Source: an uncultured Actinomycetota bacterium
Lineage (GTDB): Bacteria; Actinomycetota; Actinomycetes; Streptosporangiales; Streptosporangiaceae
DNA length: 64,000 nucleotides
Direction of reading: 5' to 3'
Assembly: GCA_963695645.1 (NCBI GenBank)
Contig: CAVOHC010000004.1
Coordinates: 150,948-214,947 of the forward strand
Shown here: positions 9,181 through 18,928 of the stretch, piece after piece
Numbering within the stretch: position 1 is the first letter of the stretch
How the letters are laid out: each line of letters starts with the position of its first letter
Translations under genes and position numbers: made by a program
Notes under the pieces: model-generated
Database searches by the model: none
Seen by the model: the letters and a program-made list of their open reading frames with translations, nothing else
Told to the model about the DNA's origin: nothing

Positions 9181-10082
9181 CGTTCGCGCCGCGGATCGCC
9201 GCCGAGCTCGCTGCTGCCCTGGACCGGGGGGATCCTGTCGTCGCGCTGGAGACGACGTTGGTCTCGCATGGTTTCTCGGGCGGACGCGGGCTTGACGCGG
9301 CGCGAGCGGCGGAGGACAGGGTCCGCGCGGCGGGTGCCACCCCGGCCACGATCGGGATCATTGACGGAACGGTCCGGATCGGGCTGGACGCGGCCGAGCT
9401 TGAACGATTCGCGGCTGCTGGTACCCATGCCCGCAAGGTAGGGGCACGCGACATCGCGGCCTGCGTCGTCCAGAACGGGCTCGGGGCCACCACCGTCGGC
9501 GGGACGCTGGCGGTCTGCCGGGCAGCCGGCATCCGGTTCCTTAGCACCGGCGGCATCGGCGGGGTCCATCGCGGGTATGCCCACAACCTGGACATTTCTG
9601 GCGACCTGCTGCAGATCGCGCGCACCGCGGCGATGGTGGTCTCATCGGGCGCGAAGTCGATCCTGGATGTCAGCGCCACCACTGAGCTGCTGGAGACCCT
9701 CGGCGTTCCCGTCCTTGGCTGGCGGACCGCCACGCTGCCGATGTTCTACAGCGCCGCCGGTGGACCGGCGGTGTCGGCCGTGGTGACGAGCAGCGGGGAA
9801 GCCGCAAGGGTCGCCGCCGCGCACTGGCAGCTGAACTCGTCGGGCGGGCTGCTGCTCGCCCAGCAGCCCGCCGCTGAGCTGGATGTCGAGCCTATCCTGG
9901 CCGAGGCCGTCGACCGCGTGCGCGGCACGGGTGTCACCGGGCAGGCCATCACCCCGGCGGTCCTTGCCCTCGTCGAGGAGTTGACTGCTGGCCGCAGCGT
10001 CGACGTCAACCAGCGGCTCATCGCCGACAACGCGGCGCTGGCAGCCGGTGTGGCAGTCGCCTACGCGGACCTCATGTCATGA
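9177..10082 (+). CDS. psuG: Pseudouridine-5'-phosphate glycosidase
   Basis: VVALETTLVSHGF...ATIGIIDGTVRIGL...VGGTLAVCRAAGIRFLSTGGIGGVHRG...DISGDLLQIARTAAMVVSSGAKSILD is a strong match to the PsuG/IndA-like family. It is coupled to the upstream PfkB kinase. Confidence 0.9.
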   Translation: MTFAPRIAAELAAALDRGDPVVALETTLVSHGFSGGRGLDAARAAEDRVRAAGATPATIGIIDGTVRIGLDAAELERFAAAGTHARKVGARDIAACVVQNGLGATTVGGTLAVCRAAGIRFLSTGGIGGVHRGYAHNLDISGDLLQIARTAAMVVSSGAKSILDVSATTELLETLGVPVLGWRTATLPMFYSAAGGPAVSAVVTSSGEAARVAAAHWQLNSSGGLLLAQQPAAELDVEPILAEAVDRVRGTGVTGQAITPAVLALVEELTAGRSVDVNQRLIADNAALAAGVAVAYADLMS

Positions 10083-10199
10083 ACTGAGCGTGTTTACTCC
10101 ATCACGTTGGGTAAGAGCCTACTGCGCCCTTCGGCAGCACGGGGATGATCGCTGTCGCGCAACCGCCTTTCGTGGTCGGGCGCAGGATCGGGGGATCAC

Positions 10200-10940
10200 A
10201 TGACTAGCGGACCTCAGCCGGGCACACCAGGACAGTGGGGTGGCGGCGGCCCTGAGGGCGTCGAGCCCGGACAGCAGCAGTGGGGCGGCGGAGCTGAAGG
10301 CGCCGCGCCGGGGCCGCAGCAGTGGGGCGCCGGGGCGCAGGGTGCCGCGCCTGGGTCCCAGGGCGGCGCGTCCCAGGGCCATGCCTCCCAGGGCGGCGGG
10401 CCCGGAGAGCAATGGGGCAGCCTACCCCAGGTCGGTGCGGCATCGCCGGTTCCGAGGCGCGAGACGAAGGTGACACCACGCCGCGTCATCCAGTACATCA
10501 TCGACGACATCCTGGTCGGGATCGTGCCCGGTCTCGTCTGGTGGCTCGTCGGCGACCGTGGGCACGGCGTCTGGCACGCCATCGGGTGGCTGATCGCGGT
10601 CGTCGTCGCGGTGCTGATCATGATCTGGTACTGGGTCCTCAGGCCGTACGGCCACCGTGGCCAGACGTTCGGCATGCAGTGGCTCGGTTTGCGGATCATC
10701 AGCAAGGATGGCGATCGCGCCAACAAGATGCAGCTGGTGATCAGGTGGATCCTGCTGATCATCGACACGCTGTTCCTCGGGCTGGTCGGGCTGATCACGA
10801 TTCTCTGCTCGCATTACCGCCAGCGGGTGGGCGACCACGCAGCGAAGACCCTGGTGGTGCGGGCCCACTGGCAGATGAGCCGGGCAGAAGGAGCCGCCAC
10901 CGGCACGGCGCATGCCCCCGTGCCTGATCGCATGCCGTAG
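10200..10940 (+). CDS. RDD-family membrane protein with a repetitive Gly/Gln/Trp-rich N-terminus
   Basis: The N-terminus carries QQWGGGAEGAAPGPQQWGAGAQGAAPGSQGG repeats. It is followed by RRVIQYIIDDILVGIV...GQTFGMQWLGLRIISKDG...VGDHAAKTLVV, which is RDD-domain topology. Confidence 0.75.
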   Translation: MTSGPQPGTPGQWGGGGPEGVEPGQQQWGGGAEGAAPGPQQWGAGAQGAAPGSQGGASQGHASQGGGPGEQWGSLPQVGAASPVPRRETKVTPRRVIQYIIDDILVGIVPGLVWWLVGDRGHGVWHAIGWLIAVVVAVLIMIWYWVLRPYGHRGQTFGMQWLGLRIISKDGDRANKMQLVIRWILLIIDTLFLGLVGLITILCSHYRQRVGDHAAKTLVVRAHWQMSRAEGAATGTAHAPVPDRMP

Positions 10941-11146
10941 CAGGCGATGTCCGCTGCGGGCGGGGCAGCACGGCGGCCTGCTGCCCGGCGGGCCGCCCAC
11001 CTATGCACCCGGCTGGCCGAGCTGATCCTGCTCATCACCGGGATCGGCGTCACGATCGGTTCAGGGTGCCCCGGCTTCTTCTATAACGCGATTGCGTTCT
11101 ATAACGCGATCGTGCCGGCACCCGTGCCGGGGGCCGGGCACGCCGG

Positions 11147-12286
11147 TTACCAAAGACGGAGCAGGGCGCCAAGAACACGGGCGGCCTGACCGCCGCTTTC
11201 TTCGGCGATGGCGAGTGCGGTGGGTACGTCAAGGTCGCTGGCCAGAGCCGCGCGAATGGCCATGACGGCCGCGTCCGCCGAACCCGGCGTGACGGGAGCT
11301 GTCCGCCCGGCAGCGGTCTGCAACCGCTCCAGCCGGGCCGCAGCGGTTTCGAGCCCGGCAGGGTCGTAGTCCCAGTCCTGGTCCCAGCGGCGGTCCAGGA
11401 TCAGCAGCCGGACGGCCGCCGGCGGGTAGCTGGCCAGGAGTTCCCTGACCAGGACGAGGTTGCCGGCGGACTTGGCCATCTTCGCTCCGCCGATCCTGAC
11501 CACGCCGACCTGCAGCCGTGCCCGGGCAAACGGCGAAACGCCGGTCAGGGCCTCGGCCAGGGCGGCCTGGTAGGCGTGGTGCGGGAAGCGGAGGTCAGCG
11601 CCGCCCGCCTGGACGTCGACGGTCGGGCCGAACATGTGCAGCGCCATCGCGGCGCACTCCGCATGCCAGCCCGGATGTCCAGCTCCCCACGGGCTGGCCC
11701 ATGCCGGGGCCTCGGGGCCAGACGCCTGCCACAGGAGTACGTCGGCCGGATTCTCCTTGGCGGCGTCCGGCTGGTCGCCGTACTCGGCCGCGAGCCGCAG
11801 CGCCGCGGCTGTGTCCAGTCCGGCGGCGAGCGGGACGCCAGCGCCGCGGAAATAGACCTGGCCGCCACGCTCGTACGCCGCGCCGCGCGCCAGCAATCCG
11901 GCCGCGAGCTCGATCGCCTGGCCCACGTAGGCGTGCGACCGGGGCCCGATCGCGGGCGGCCGGACTCCGAGCGCCGCCATGTCCTGGTCGAAGTAGAACT
12001 GCTGGATGGCGGCGAACCGGTCATAGGGTGCCCCGGCCCGGCTCGCGGCAGCTAGCAGTACGTCATCGGCATCCGTAACGTTGCGGCACATGATCACTTC
12101 GGTGCCGCCCGCGTGCAGCACGCTGGCGAGCGTGTCGATCCAGACGAATGTCGCGGCGTGGCCAACGTGGGTGACGTCGTAGGGCGTGATCCCGCACGCA
12201 TACAGCCGGGCCCGCCCGACCAGGGGGAGCGGCTTCCCCCCCAGCGACATGACCGGCGGCAGGTTCCTGACCAGCATCTGATCCAT
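11147..12286 (-). CDS. MshC-like class-I aminoacyl-tRNA-synthetase-fold cysteine ligase
   Basis: LYACGITPYDVTHVGHAAT (HIGH-type), NVTDADDVL, GHPGWHAECAAMA, DVQAGGADLRFPHH, KMAKSAGNLV (KMSKS-type) and the tail LASDLDVPTALAI run collinear with mycothiol ligase MshC. At 379 aa it is shorter than typical MshC, so a paralogue cannot be excluded. Confidence 0.7.
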   Translation of the reverse strand: MDQMLVRNLPPVMSLGGKPLPLVGRARLYACGITPYDVTHVGHAATFVWIDTLASVLHAGGTEVIMCRNVTDADDVLLAAASRAGAPYDRFAAIQQFYFDQDMAALGVRPPAIGPRSHAYVGQAIELAAGLLARGAAYERGGQVYFRGAGVPLAAGLDTAAALRLAAEYGDQPDAAKENPADVLLWQASGPEAPAWASPWGAGHPGWHAECAAMALHMFGPTVDVQAGGADLRFPHHAYQAALAEALTGVSPFARARLQVGVVRIGGAKMAKSAGNLVLVRELLASYPPAAVRLLILDRRWDQDWDYDPAGLETAAARLERLQTAAGRTAPVTPGSADAAVMAIRAALASDLDVPTALAIAEESGGQAARVLGALLRLW

Positions 12287-12368
12287 TGGCTCACTCCTTG
12301 CGGCGGCGTTCCGCCAGCAACACTCGGTTCCCTGGCCGAGGGTAGCCGAGGCGACCTCCGCCGGTCCC

Positions 12369-12457
12369 GCGCCCGAGTGAGCGGGCGCGCCAGGACGGGC
12401 GCCCGAGCGAGGGAGCGGGCCAGGCGGGCGCCCGAGTGAGCGGGCGGGTCAAGGAAC
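12369..12457. repeat. Tandem repeat of about 30 bp, 3 copies, intergenic
   Basis: gcgcccgag(t/c)gagcgggcg... starts at 12369, 12399 and 12428. It lies between the M20 peptidase stop (12475) and the MshC-like start (12286). Confidence 0.7.
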
Positions 12458-12474
12458 CGGGCCGGCGGCCCCGG

Positions 12475-13626
12475 TCAGCCGGGTGGGTCTGGCGGCCCGG
12501 CAGCTGCCTGGCGAATCCGGCCGATCAGCGCCGCGAGCAGGGCCGCCCGGTCCGGCATCTGCCGGACGTCGGCGTGCTCGCTGCGGGCATGCGGCCGGCC
12601 GCCGACAGCGCCGAGCCCGTCCAGGGTGGGCACGCCGAGCGCGGCGGTGAGATTGCCGTCCGATCCGCCGCCTGACCGTACCCCCTCAGGGGGCACGATG
12701 CCGATGTCTCCGGCGGCGGTGCGGACCAGGCTGTACAGCCCAAGCGCCGCGCTCGGTTCCAGCGGATAGCGGTTGATGCCGCCAGTGACCGTAACAGCCG
12801 CGTCCGCCAGGTGCGGCTTGAGCAGCCGGATCTGCTCGTCGACGCGCTCCAGTTCGGCGGCTGTCCAGGCCCGGACGTCCACCGTCGCGCGGGCGAGTTC
12901 AGGCACGGTATTCATGGTCGTCCCGGCGGCCAGCACGGTTGGCGTGACCGTCGTCTGGGCGCCCTGGTCGGCCAGCGCGGCCAGCGCGAGCACCTGGTGG
13001 GCGAGTTCGATGCCGGCATTGATGCCAAGCTGCGGCTCGAGCCCGGCATGGGCGGCACGGCCGCCGATACTGATCTGGTAGCCGCCGACCCCCTTGCGGG
13101 CGATTTTCACGGCGCCGCCGTCCGCGCCCGGCTCGCAGACCAGGACGGCTCCGGCGGGCCGGGCCTGATCCTCGATCAGGCTCCGTGATGATGCGGAACC
13201 CAGCTCCTCGTCGCTGGTAAGAAGCAGCGACACGGAGTCCTTGTCATCGAGCAGCGCGATTGCCGCAAGCGCCTGCACGATGCCCGCCTTCATGTCGAAC
13301 ACGCCGGGACCTGAGGCGATGCCATCGGTCACCGTGTACTGCCAGTGCGCCAGCGTGCCGAGCGGCCACACGGTGTCAAAGTGGCCAAGGATGAGAACCG
13401 GCCGCTGCGCGGCCGCCGGCCAGAGCAGGTGCGGGCGCCCGTCGACGGTCAGCCGCTCCGCGGGCCGCCCGAACGCTTCCGTGCCCATATCGTCGAGGAG
13501 CGCGGCGCACCGCGACACTGCGGTGGCCTCCGCCGAGGGTGACTCGCAGTTCACCAGCTCGGCCAGGCACTCCCGCATCCAGGAGCTGCGGGCCGCCGCG
13601 GCGGCCCGCAGCTGCTCAGCTCGCAT
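12475..13626 (-). CDS. M20-family metallopeptidase (carboxypeptidase G2 / ArgE-DapE-like)
   Basis: LILGHFDTVWP, GPGVFDMKAGIV, LLLTSDEELGS, VLVCEP and GGSDGN are M20 motifs. The ATG at 13626 (M42 of ORF 12475..13749) is the likely start. Confidence 0.8.
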   Translation of the reverse strand: MRAEQLRAAAAARSSWMRECLAELVNCESPSAEATAVSRCAALLDDMGTEAFGRPAERLTVDGRPHLLWPAAAQRPVLILGHFDTVWPLGTLAHWQYTVTDGIASGPGVFDMKAGIVQALAAIALLDDKDSVSLLLTSDEELGSASSRSLIEDQARPAGAVLVCEPGADGGAVKIARKGVGGYQISIGGRAAHAGLEPQLGINAGIELAHQVLALAALADQGAQTTVTPTVLAAGTTMNTVPELARATVDVRAWTAAELERVDEQIRLLKPHLADAAVTVTGGINRYPLEPSAALGLYSLVRTAAGDIGIVPPEGVRSGGGSDGNLTAALGVPTLDGLGAVGGRPHARSEHADVRQMPDRAALLAALIGRIRQAAAGPPDPPG

Positions 13627-13974
13627 GGCCGGGCCGGTCCGCGCCCGCTGGCGCCTGCTGGGCGGCGGCGGGAGACGGCAGCTCGCCGCCCTCGCAGCAA
13701 GGCAGGACGAAGAAGCAGCGGGCGCAGATCCATTTCGAGCCGTTCCCATACGGGCGAAGATCGGCCTGGGCGCACTGCGGGCAGCTGTCGCCAGGGACCT
13801 GGCAGGTGGTCACGTTCCTACGGTAGGGCAGCCTGTCCGGCCGGCCCACTGCGACGCGCGCCCTGCCGTCTCGCGGATCGCACGGCCATCGCAAACGATC
13901 GTCTGGACCAGGAATCGCCGCCAACTGCCGGGGCCGGCCGGCGAAACGGTTGCGCGGCCCTCCAGACTGCTCTC

Positions 13975-15351
13975 ATGGGATTCGATCTGCCTGGCCTTCT
14001 CGCCGCCCGGCGTGGGGAGGGATATGAGCTGCATGCCCGCCTGCTCAACCCCCAGTTGCCCCGCATGCTGCATGCGATCGGCTTCGACAAGGTGTATGAG
14101 CGAGGCGAGGGTGCCTATCTGTTCGATCGCGAAGGCAACAGATACGCCGACTTCCTGACGGGCTTCGGCGTCTTCGGGGTGGGACGCAATCACCCGGTCG
14201 TGCGCCGCGCTCTGGCGGACGTCCTCGATGGCGAACTGGCCGACCTGGTCCAGTTCGACTGCGCGCTGCTGCCTGGCCTGCTCGCCGAGCGGCTGCTCGC
14301 CAAGGCGCCCGGGCTTGACCGGGTGTATTTCTGCAACAGCGGGACCGAGGCGGTCGAGGCGGCGCTCAAGTTCGCCAGGTACGCGACGGGCCGGCGCCGG
14401 ATCGTCTACTGCGATCACGCCTTCCACGGGCTCACCGTCGGGTCGCTGTCGATCAACGGCAGCGCGGAGTTCCGGCGCGGCTTCGACCCGCTGCTGCCGG
14501 ACTCCATGATCACCTTTGGCAGCCTCGACGCGCTGGAAGCCGAGCTCCGCAAGGGTGATGTCGCCGCCCTCATCGTCGAGCCAATCCAGGGCAAGGGAGT
14601 TCACGTGGCGCCCCCCGGGTTCCTGGCCGGAGCCCGCAAGCTGCTGCACGATCACGGCGCGCTGCTCATCTGCGACGAGGTCCAGACCGGGCTCGGCCGG
14701 ACCGGGCGTTTCTTCGGCTACCAGCACGACGACGTCGAGCCCGACATCGTCACGGTCGCCAAGGCGCTGTCCGGCGGGTTCGTCCCCGTTGGCGCCACGC
14801 TGGCCAAGGACTGGATCTTCGGCAAGGTCTACTCGTCGATGGACCGGGTCCTCGTTCACGACTCCACGTTCGCCGCCAACGCCGCCGCGATGGCAGCCGG
14901 GCTGGCATCGCTGGCCGTCATCGAGGACGAGCAGCTGGTCAGCAACGCCGAGCGGACCGGCAACGCGCTGCGGGCCGCGGTCACCGAGCTCGTCGAGAAG
15001 TATGAGCTGCTCGCCGAGGTGCGCGGCCGCGGGCTGATGATCGGCCTGGAGTTCAGCAAGCCTCGCTCGCTCAAGCTGCGGGCCGGCTGGAGCATGCTGC
15101 AGACCGCCAGGCGCGGCCTGTTCGCGCAGATGGTCGTCGGCACGCTGTTCCGCAGGCACCGCATTCTCACCCAGGTGGCAGGCGACTACATGGAGGTGGT
15201 CAAGCTGCTGCCGCCGCTGACGATCGGTGCCACCGAAGTGGCACTGTTCCGGGACGCCTTCGCCGAGGTGATGGAGGAGGCGCACCAGGGCGGGGGCCTG
15301 ATGTGGGACTTCGGCCGCACTCTCGTCAAGCAGGCGGTGAGCCGCTCGTAG
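13975..15351 (+). CDS. Class-III PLP-dependent aminotransferase
   Basis: GFGVFGVGRNHP, FCNSGTEAVEAALKFAR, EPIQGKGV, LLICDEVQTGLGRTG and IVTVAKALSGG (with the PLP lysine) are present. Confidence 0.85.
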   Translation: MGFDLPGLLAARRGEGYELHARLLNPQLPRMLHAIGFDKVYERGEGAYLFDREGNRYADFLTGFGVFGVGRNHPVVRRALADVLDGELADLVQFDCALLPGLLAERLLAKAPGLDRVYFCNSGTEAVEAALKFARYATGRRRIVYCDHAFHGLTVGSLSINGSAEFRRGFDPLLPDSMITFGSLDALEAELRKGDVAALIVEPIQGKGVHVAPPGFLAGARKLLHDHGALLICDEVQTGLGRTGRFFGYQHDDVEPDIVTVAKALSGGFVPVGATLAKDWIFGKVYSSMDRVLVHDSTFAANAAAMAAGLASLAVIEDEQLVSNAERTGNALRAAVTELVEKYELLAEVRGRGLMIGLEFSKPRSLKLRAGWSMLQTARRGLFAQMVVGTLFRRHRILTQVAGDYMEVVKLLPPLTIGATEVALFRDAFAEVMEEAHQGGGLMWDFGRTLVKQAVSRS

Positions 15352-15768
15352 CTACCGGTCTGGCTGGAGGATGATGACCGGGATCTGCCGTGTCGTCTTC
15401 CTTTCGTAGTCGGCAAAACCCGGATTGGCCTCCTTGTGCGCCGTCCAGATCCGGTCCCGCTCCTGCAGGCCGGCCACCCTGGCCGTAGCCGCTACGGTCT
15501 CGGTACCAATCTCGACGCGGACCTGCGGATTGGCGAGCAGGTTGTAGTACCAGTCCGGATTGGTCGGGGCGCCCGCCTTCGAGGCGAACACCGCGAGGTC
15601 GTCCCCGACCGCCCGATACATCACCGGGTTCACCCGCTCCTGGCCGCTCTTCGCCCCCACTGTGTGCAGGAGCAGCAGCGGGGCACCGGCGAACGGGCCG
15701 CCGACGCGGCCGCCGTTGGCCCGGAACTCCGCGATGATCTTGCCGTTGAAGTCAGTGGGCTCAGTCAT
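15352..15768 (-). CDS. Deazaflavin-dependent nitroreductase-family oxidoreductase (DUF385), second copy
   Basis: NGKIIAEFRANGGRVGGPFAGAPLLLLHTVGAKSGQERVNPVMY...ASKAGAPTNPDWYYNL matches the family. A gagagga RBS precedes the ATG at 15768. Confidence 0.8.
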   Translation of the reverse strand: MTEPTDFNGKIIAEFRANGGRVGGPFAGAPLLLLHTVGAKSGQERVNPVMYRAVGDDLAVFASKAGAPTNPDWYYNLLANPQVRVEIGTETVAATARVAGLQERDRIWTAHKEANPGFADYERKTTRQIPVIILQPDR

Positions 15769-15873
15769 TCCCGTTCCTCTCAGGTCCTCGGATCGCGCGG
15801 CCGCGGCGGGCTGGCGAAACTGCCTGGCAGCCCGTTTGGTGATGCTACCGGCGGCGCATTATGAACGCATGCC

Positions 15874-18609
15874 TCAGCTGACTCCCGTTCCGGAGAGCCG
15901 GACGTGCAGCGTGTGGGTGCCGAGCAGGTCGGTCCAGCTCAGCTGGTAGCTGCCGGTGGTCGCACCGGCCCTGGCCGGGGTAAAGGTGACCGGGATCCGC
16001 AGCTCGTTGCCCGGGCTGAGCGGCAGCCCGCGCGGGATCCGGTAGATCGCTGCGAACGGCGATCTGGGGGGCGCCGCTATGGTCACCGTGGCGGGCAGGT
16101 TGCCGGAGTTGGTGATCTCGATGGTGGCCGTCGCGCGGCGGCCGAGCCGCACCTTGCCGAGCGTCACCCGGGGCCGGGCCGCCGCGACCTTGCTGACCGG
16201 CGGCAGCGCGGCGCCCGCCAGCCGCACCGTTACCCTGATCCCGCTGCTTTCCGCGATGGTGACCGAGCTCGCGGCGGGTCCGGCGCGCCGCGGCGCATAG
16301 GTGACCTGCACGACGATCGATTGCCCGGGCCGGATCGGGGTACCGGGCCCGGGCAGGCCGACGGCTGTGAACGGGCCGGCGGGCCCGGTGACCGACGTGA
16401 CGGTCTCGGTGGCGGTGCCGCCGTTGGTGATGTCGGCGGTCATGGGCACGGCGGTGCCGACCGGTACCTCGCCGGTCGCGTGCTCGTTGGAATATCTGAA
16501 CGACAGCACGCTGGGCTGTGCATAGAGCCCGGGCTCGGTACCGTCGCCGGACAGCGGCACCTGCGTCCCGCCGTACCGTGCGGACGGGCTAATGAACGAG
16601 AGCACGCCTGTCGTGCCGCCCCGGGCCGTCGGCCGGAATGTCACCGGGGCGCGCAGCGAGTCACCTGCCTTGAGCGTGACGGGGAACCTCACCGGCGCTG
16701 CCTTACCGCCGCCAGCGGCCATCCTCACCCGGCCCAGCGTGAAAGGGTCCGGCGAGCGGTCGCCATGGGCGGCAACGGCGGACACGGTGACCCGAGTCGA
16801 TGCGGTGAGCGTAATGGTGCGTTTCGCGGCCGAGCCGAGGCTGGTCCCGCCGAACGTGACGGGCTCGGCCCTGCCGAGCGGCGCCCTGGTGCGCCTGGCG
16901 AAGCAGATCACCTGGCCGCTGGTGCCCACGTACACGTGGCTACTGCTGGTAGCCGGGATCGTGAACTTGGTGGCCGTACCGATCGGTGCCGACCAGATCG
17001 GCCGCATCACGCAGGGCCGTGCGCAGCGAGCGGACGGCACGGCCCGGAACGCGTCAAGCGTGCCTGTCGTGCCGCTGCCGCTAGCGGGCATGGCGGTCCT
17101 GACCACCCACACGACGGCAGACCTGGAGCCGGGCCCGTCCGAGGTGACTACTGGCGATCCTGATCCGAAACTGAACCGCAGCGTGGTGTTGGCCACGTCG
17201 GCCAGTCTCGGCCTGCCCGCCTTACTAACCCTGAGCTTCAGCGCGCGCAGGTAGTCGTTCATGCCCACGTAGTACACGTAATCGGCGGAGCGGCGGGAGT
17301 CGCTGGCAGTCACTGTGGTGGTGTCGCCGAAAACCGCAGGGTGACCCCACTGGCCCCCGAACGGCCCGGTCTTGCTCACGTACGCGTCGCCCCCGCCGGG
17401 GGCCCGCATCCGGCCGCCCAGGCCGTCCCGGTCGAGCAGGAATACCCGGCCGTCCTTGCCGGCCTGTACGAGCAGGCGCGGGAATGCCTTGCTCCCGAAC
17501 GGGAGCCCCACCGGCCCGCCGGATCCGAAGTCGATGTCTGCGGCGTCGAGTGCCGGCGCGTCCCGCGGGCTGAAGAAGTCCCTGGCCACCAGCCGTCCGC
17601 CAGGCAGTACCGCCAGGCGCACCACCGACTCGGCAAGCTGACCGGGCGGTGCGGTGCCCTTTCCCGGCGCGGGGGATACGCCGTTGCCCGACGCCAGGAA
17701 GATCCGTCCTGGACCGTCCGACATCAGGCCGCCTCCGGACTGCCATATGCCGGCCTGCTCGTCGGTCAGCCCGGCCTCATCGGTCCACAGCCGGACCGCC
17801 CGCGTCGAGACGTCCACACCCGCCACGAAACCGGCATAGGGCCGGTCGTCACAGTGCGAGGCGAAACCAGCGTAGACCCGGCCGCCCAGCAATAGCAGGC
17901 CAGTCCGCTGCCATTGATCGAAAGCGTCGAATCTCAGCTGCCGGTCATTGAGCGGGCTGCCGCCTATCGGGACCCGCTCGGTGATACGCCCGGTATGCGC
18001 GTTGATGCCGAACATGCTGAAGACGGGCTTGGTGGGAGACTGCCTGACGATCTCGGCGATCAGGTACACCGCTCCGGTCCGGGGGTCGTAAACCGGGGTG
18101 CTGGTGATCCCGACCGTCGGCACCAGGTCGGTGCAGTTGGTGGTCGCCGCTGACCAGGGCGTGCCGAGGTGATCTGACCATTTCACGCGGCCGGTCGCCG
18201 CGTTCAGCCCGTACACCCAATCCCGCTCGGTCGCCACGATCACGGTATTGCCGACGATCAGCGGCTGGGCGTACACCTGCCCTCTTACCCTCCTGGAGAA
18301 CACCCGACCGAAGTCACCGCCGCGCAGCGCCGCTGGACTCAGGCCGGGTTCATCGGGGTCCCAGCCGGTACGCAGGTTGTCCTGGGAGGCGGTCACGTCG
18401 CCAAGGGCGGCCGCGGCCGTCGTGGCGGGGGCCGCGGCGGGCCGGGTGCTGGCGGGGGCCGCGGTGACTGTGGCGCTGGCGGGGGCCGCGGTGACCGCGG
18501 CGCTGGCGGGGGCCGTGGTGACTGTGGCGCTGGCGGGGGCCGCGGTGACCGCGGCGCTGGCGGGGATCGCGGTGACCGCGGCGCTGGCGGGGATCGCGGC
18601 GACCGTCAT
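15874..18609 (-). CDS. Large PQQ-like beta-propeller protein with three C-terminal choice-of-anchor-D / Ig-like domains; start uncertain
   Basis: The propeller part reads VYAQPLIVGNTVIVATERDWVYGLNAATGRVKWS and continues through later blades. The C-terminus has three units such as VTFGGTSLGSAAKRTITLTAS... and VTLGKVRLGRRATATIEITNSGNLPATVTIAAP...PVTFTP. I place the start at the ATG at 18609 (MTVAAIPAS...). The track ORF runs to 19092 only by reading through the 15-bp repeat array. Confidence 0.7.
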   Translation of the reverse strand: MTVAAIPASAAVTAIPASAAVTAAPASATVTTAPASAAVTAAPASATVTAAPASTRPAAAPATTAAAALGDVTASQDNLRTGWDPDEPGLSPAALRGGDFGRVFSRRVRGQVYAQPLIVGNTVIVATERDWVYGLNAATGRVKWSDHLGTPWSAATTNCTDLVPTVGITSTPVYDPRTGAVYLIAEIVRQSPTKPVFSMFGINAHTGRITERVPIGGSPLNDRQLRFDAFDQWQRTGLLLLGGRVYAGFASHCDDRPYAGFVAGVDVSTRAVRLWTDEAGLTDEQAGIWQSGGGLMSDGPGRIFLASGNGVSPAPGKGTAPPGQLAESVVRLAVLPGGRLVARDFFSPRDAPALDAADIDFGSGGPVGLPFGSKAFPRLLVQAGKDGRVFLLDRDGLGGRMRAPGGGDAYVSKTGPFGGQWGHPAVFGDTTTVTASDSRRSADYVYYVGMNDYLRALKLRVSKAGRPRLADVANTTLRFSFGSGSPVVTSDGPGSRSAVVWVVRTAMPASGSGTTGTLDAFRAVPSARCARPCVMRPIWSAPIGTATKFTIPATSSSHVYVGTSGQVICFARRTRAPLGRAEPVTFGGTSLGSAAKRTITLTASTRVTVSAVAAHGDRSPDPFTLGRVRMAAGGGKAAPVRFPVTLKAGDSLRAPVTFRPTARGGTTGVLSFISPSARYGGTQVPLSGDGTEPGLYAQPSVLSFRYSNEHATGEVPVGTAVPMTADITNGGTATETVTSVTGPAGPFTAVGLPGPGTPIRPGQSIVVQVTYAPRRAGPAASSVTIAESSGIRVTVRLAGAALPPVSKVAAARPRVTLGKVRLGRRATATIEITNSGNLPATVTIAAPPRSPFAAIYRIPRGLPLSPGNELRIPVTFTPARAGATTGSYQLSWTDLLGTHTLHVRLSGTGVS
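18448..18609. repeat. 27-bp tandem repeat, about 6 copies, coding for the N-terminus of the propeller protein
   Basis: Units gctggcgggggccgcggtgac(t/c)g(t/c)ggc lie at 18448, 18475, 18502, 18529, 18556 and 18583. On the minus strand they encode (I/A)PASA(A/T)VT(A/T) nonapeptides directly after the putative ATG. Confidence 0.9.
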
Positions 18610-18628
18610 CCCTAATCTGACAGCGATT

Positions 18629-18928
18629 GAGCAGAGCCGGATTGACCGGAGGCGTATTGAGCAGAGCCGTATTGAGCAGAGCCGTATTGAGCAGAGCCGT
18701 ATTGAGCAGAGCCGTATTGAGCAGAGCCGTATTGAGCAGAGCCGTATTGAGCAGAGCCGTATTGAGCAGAGCCGTATTGAGCAGAGCCGTATTGAGCGGA
18801 GCCGTATTGAGCAGAGCCGTATTGACCGGAGCCGTATTGAGCAGAACCGTATTGACCGGAGCCGTGCTGAGCAGAACCGTATTGACCGGAGCCGTGCTGA
18901 GCAGAACCGTATTGAGCAGAGCCGCCGG
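18629..18928. repeat. 15-bp tandem repeat (gagcagagccgtatt), about 20 copies
   Basis: Nine perfect copies span 18659-18793, flanked by degenerate copies (gaccggagccgtatt, gagcagaaccgtatt, gaccggagccgtgct). The unit has 8/15 G+C. The array begins 20 nt upstream (in gene orientation) of the ATG at 18609. Confidence 0.95.

Noticed and set aside
13810-15285. 491-aa minus-strand ORF
   Set aside because: It is the antisense shadow of the class-III aminotransferase, whose PLP-enzyme motifs are all on the + strand.
18629-18928. Possibility that the 15-bp repeat array is a CRISPR array
   Set aside because: The units are directly abutting with no spacers. The unit length (15 bp) is far below CRISPR repeat size and there are no cas genes. 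It is a simple tandem repeat.
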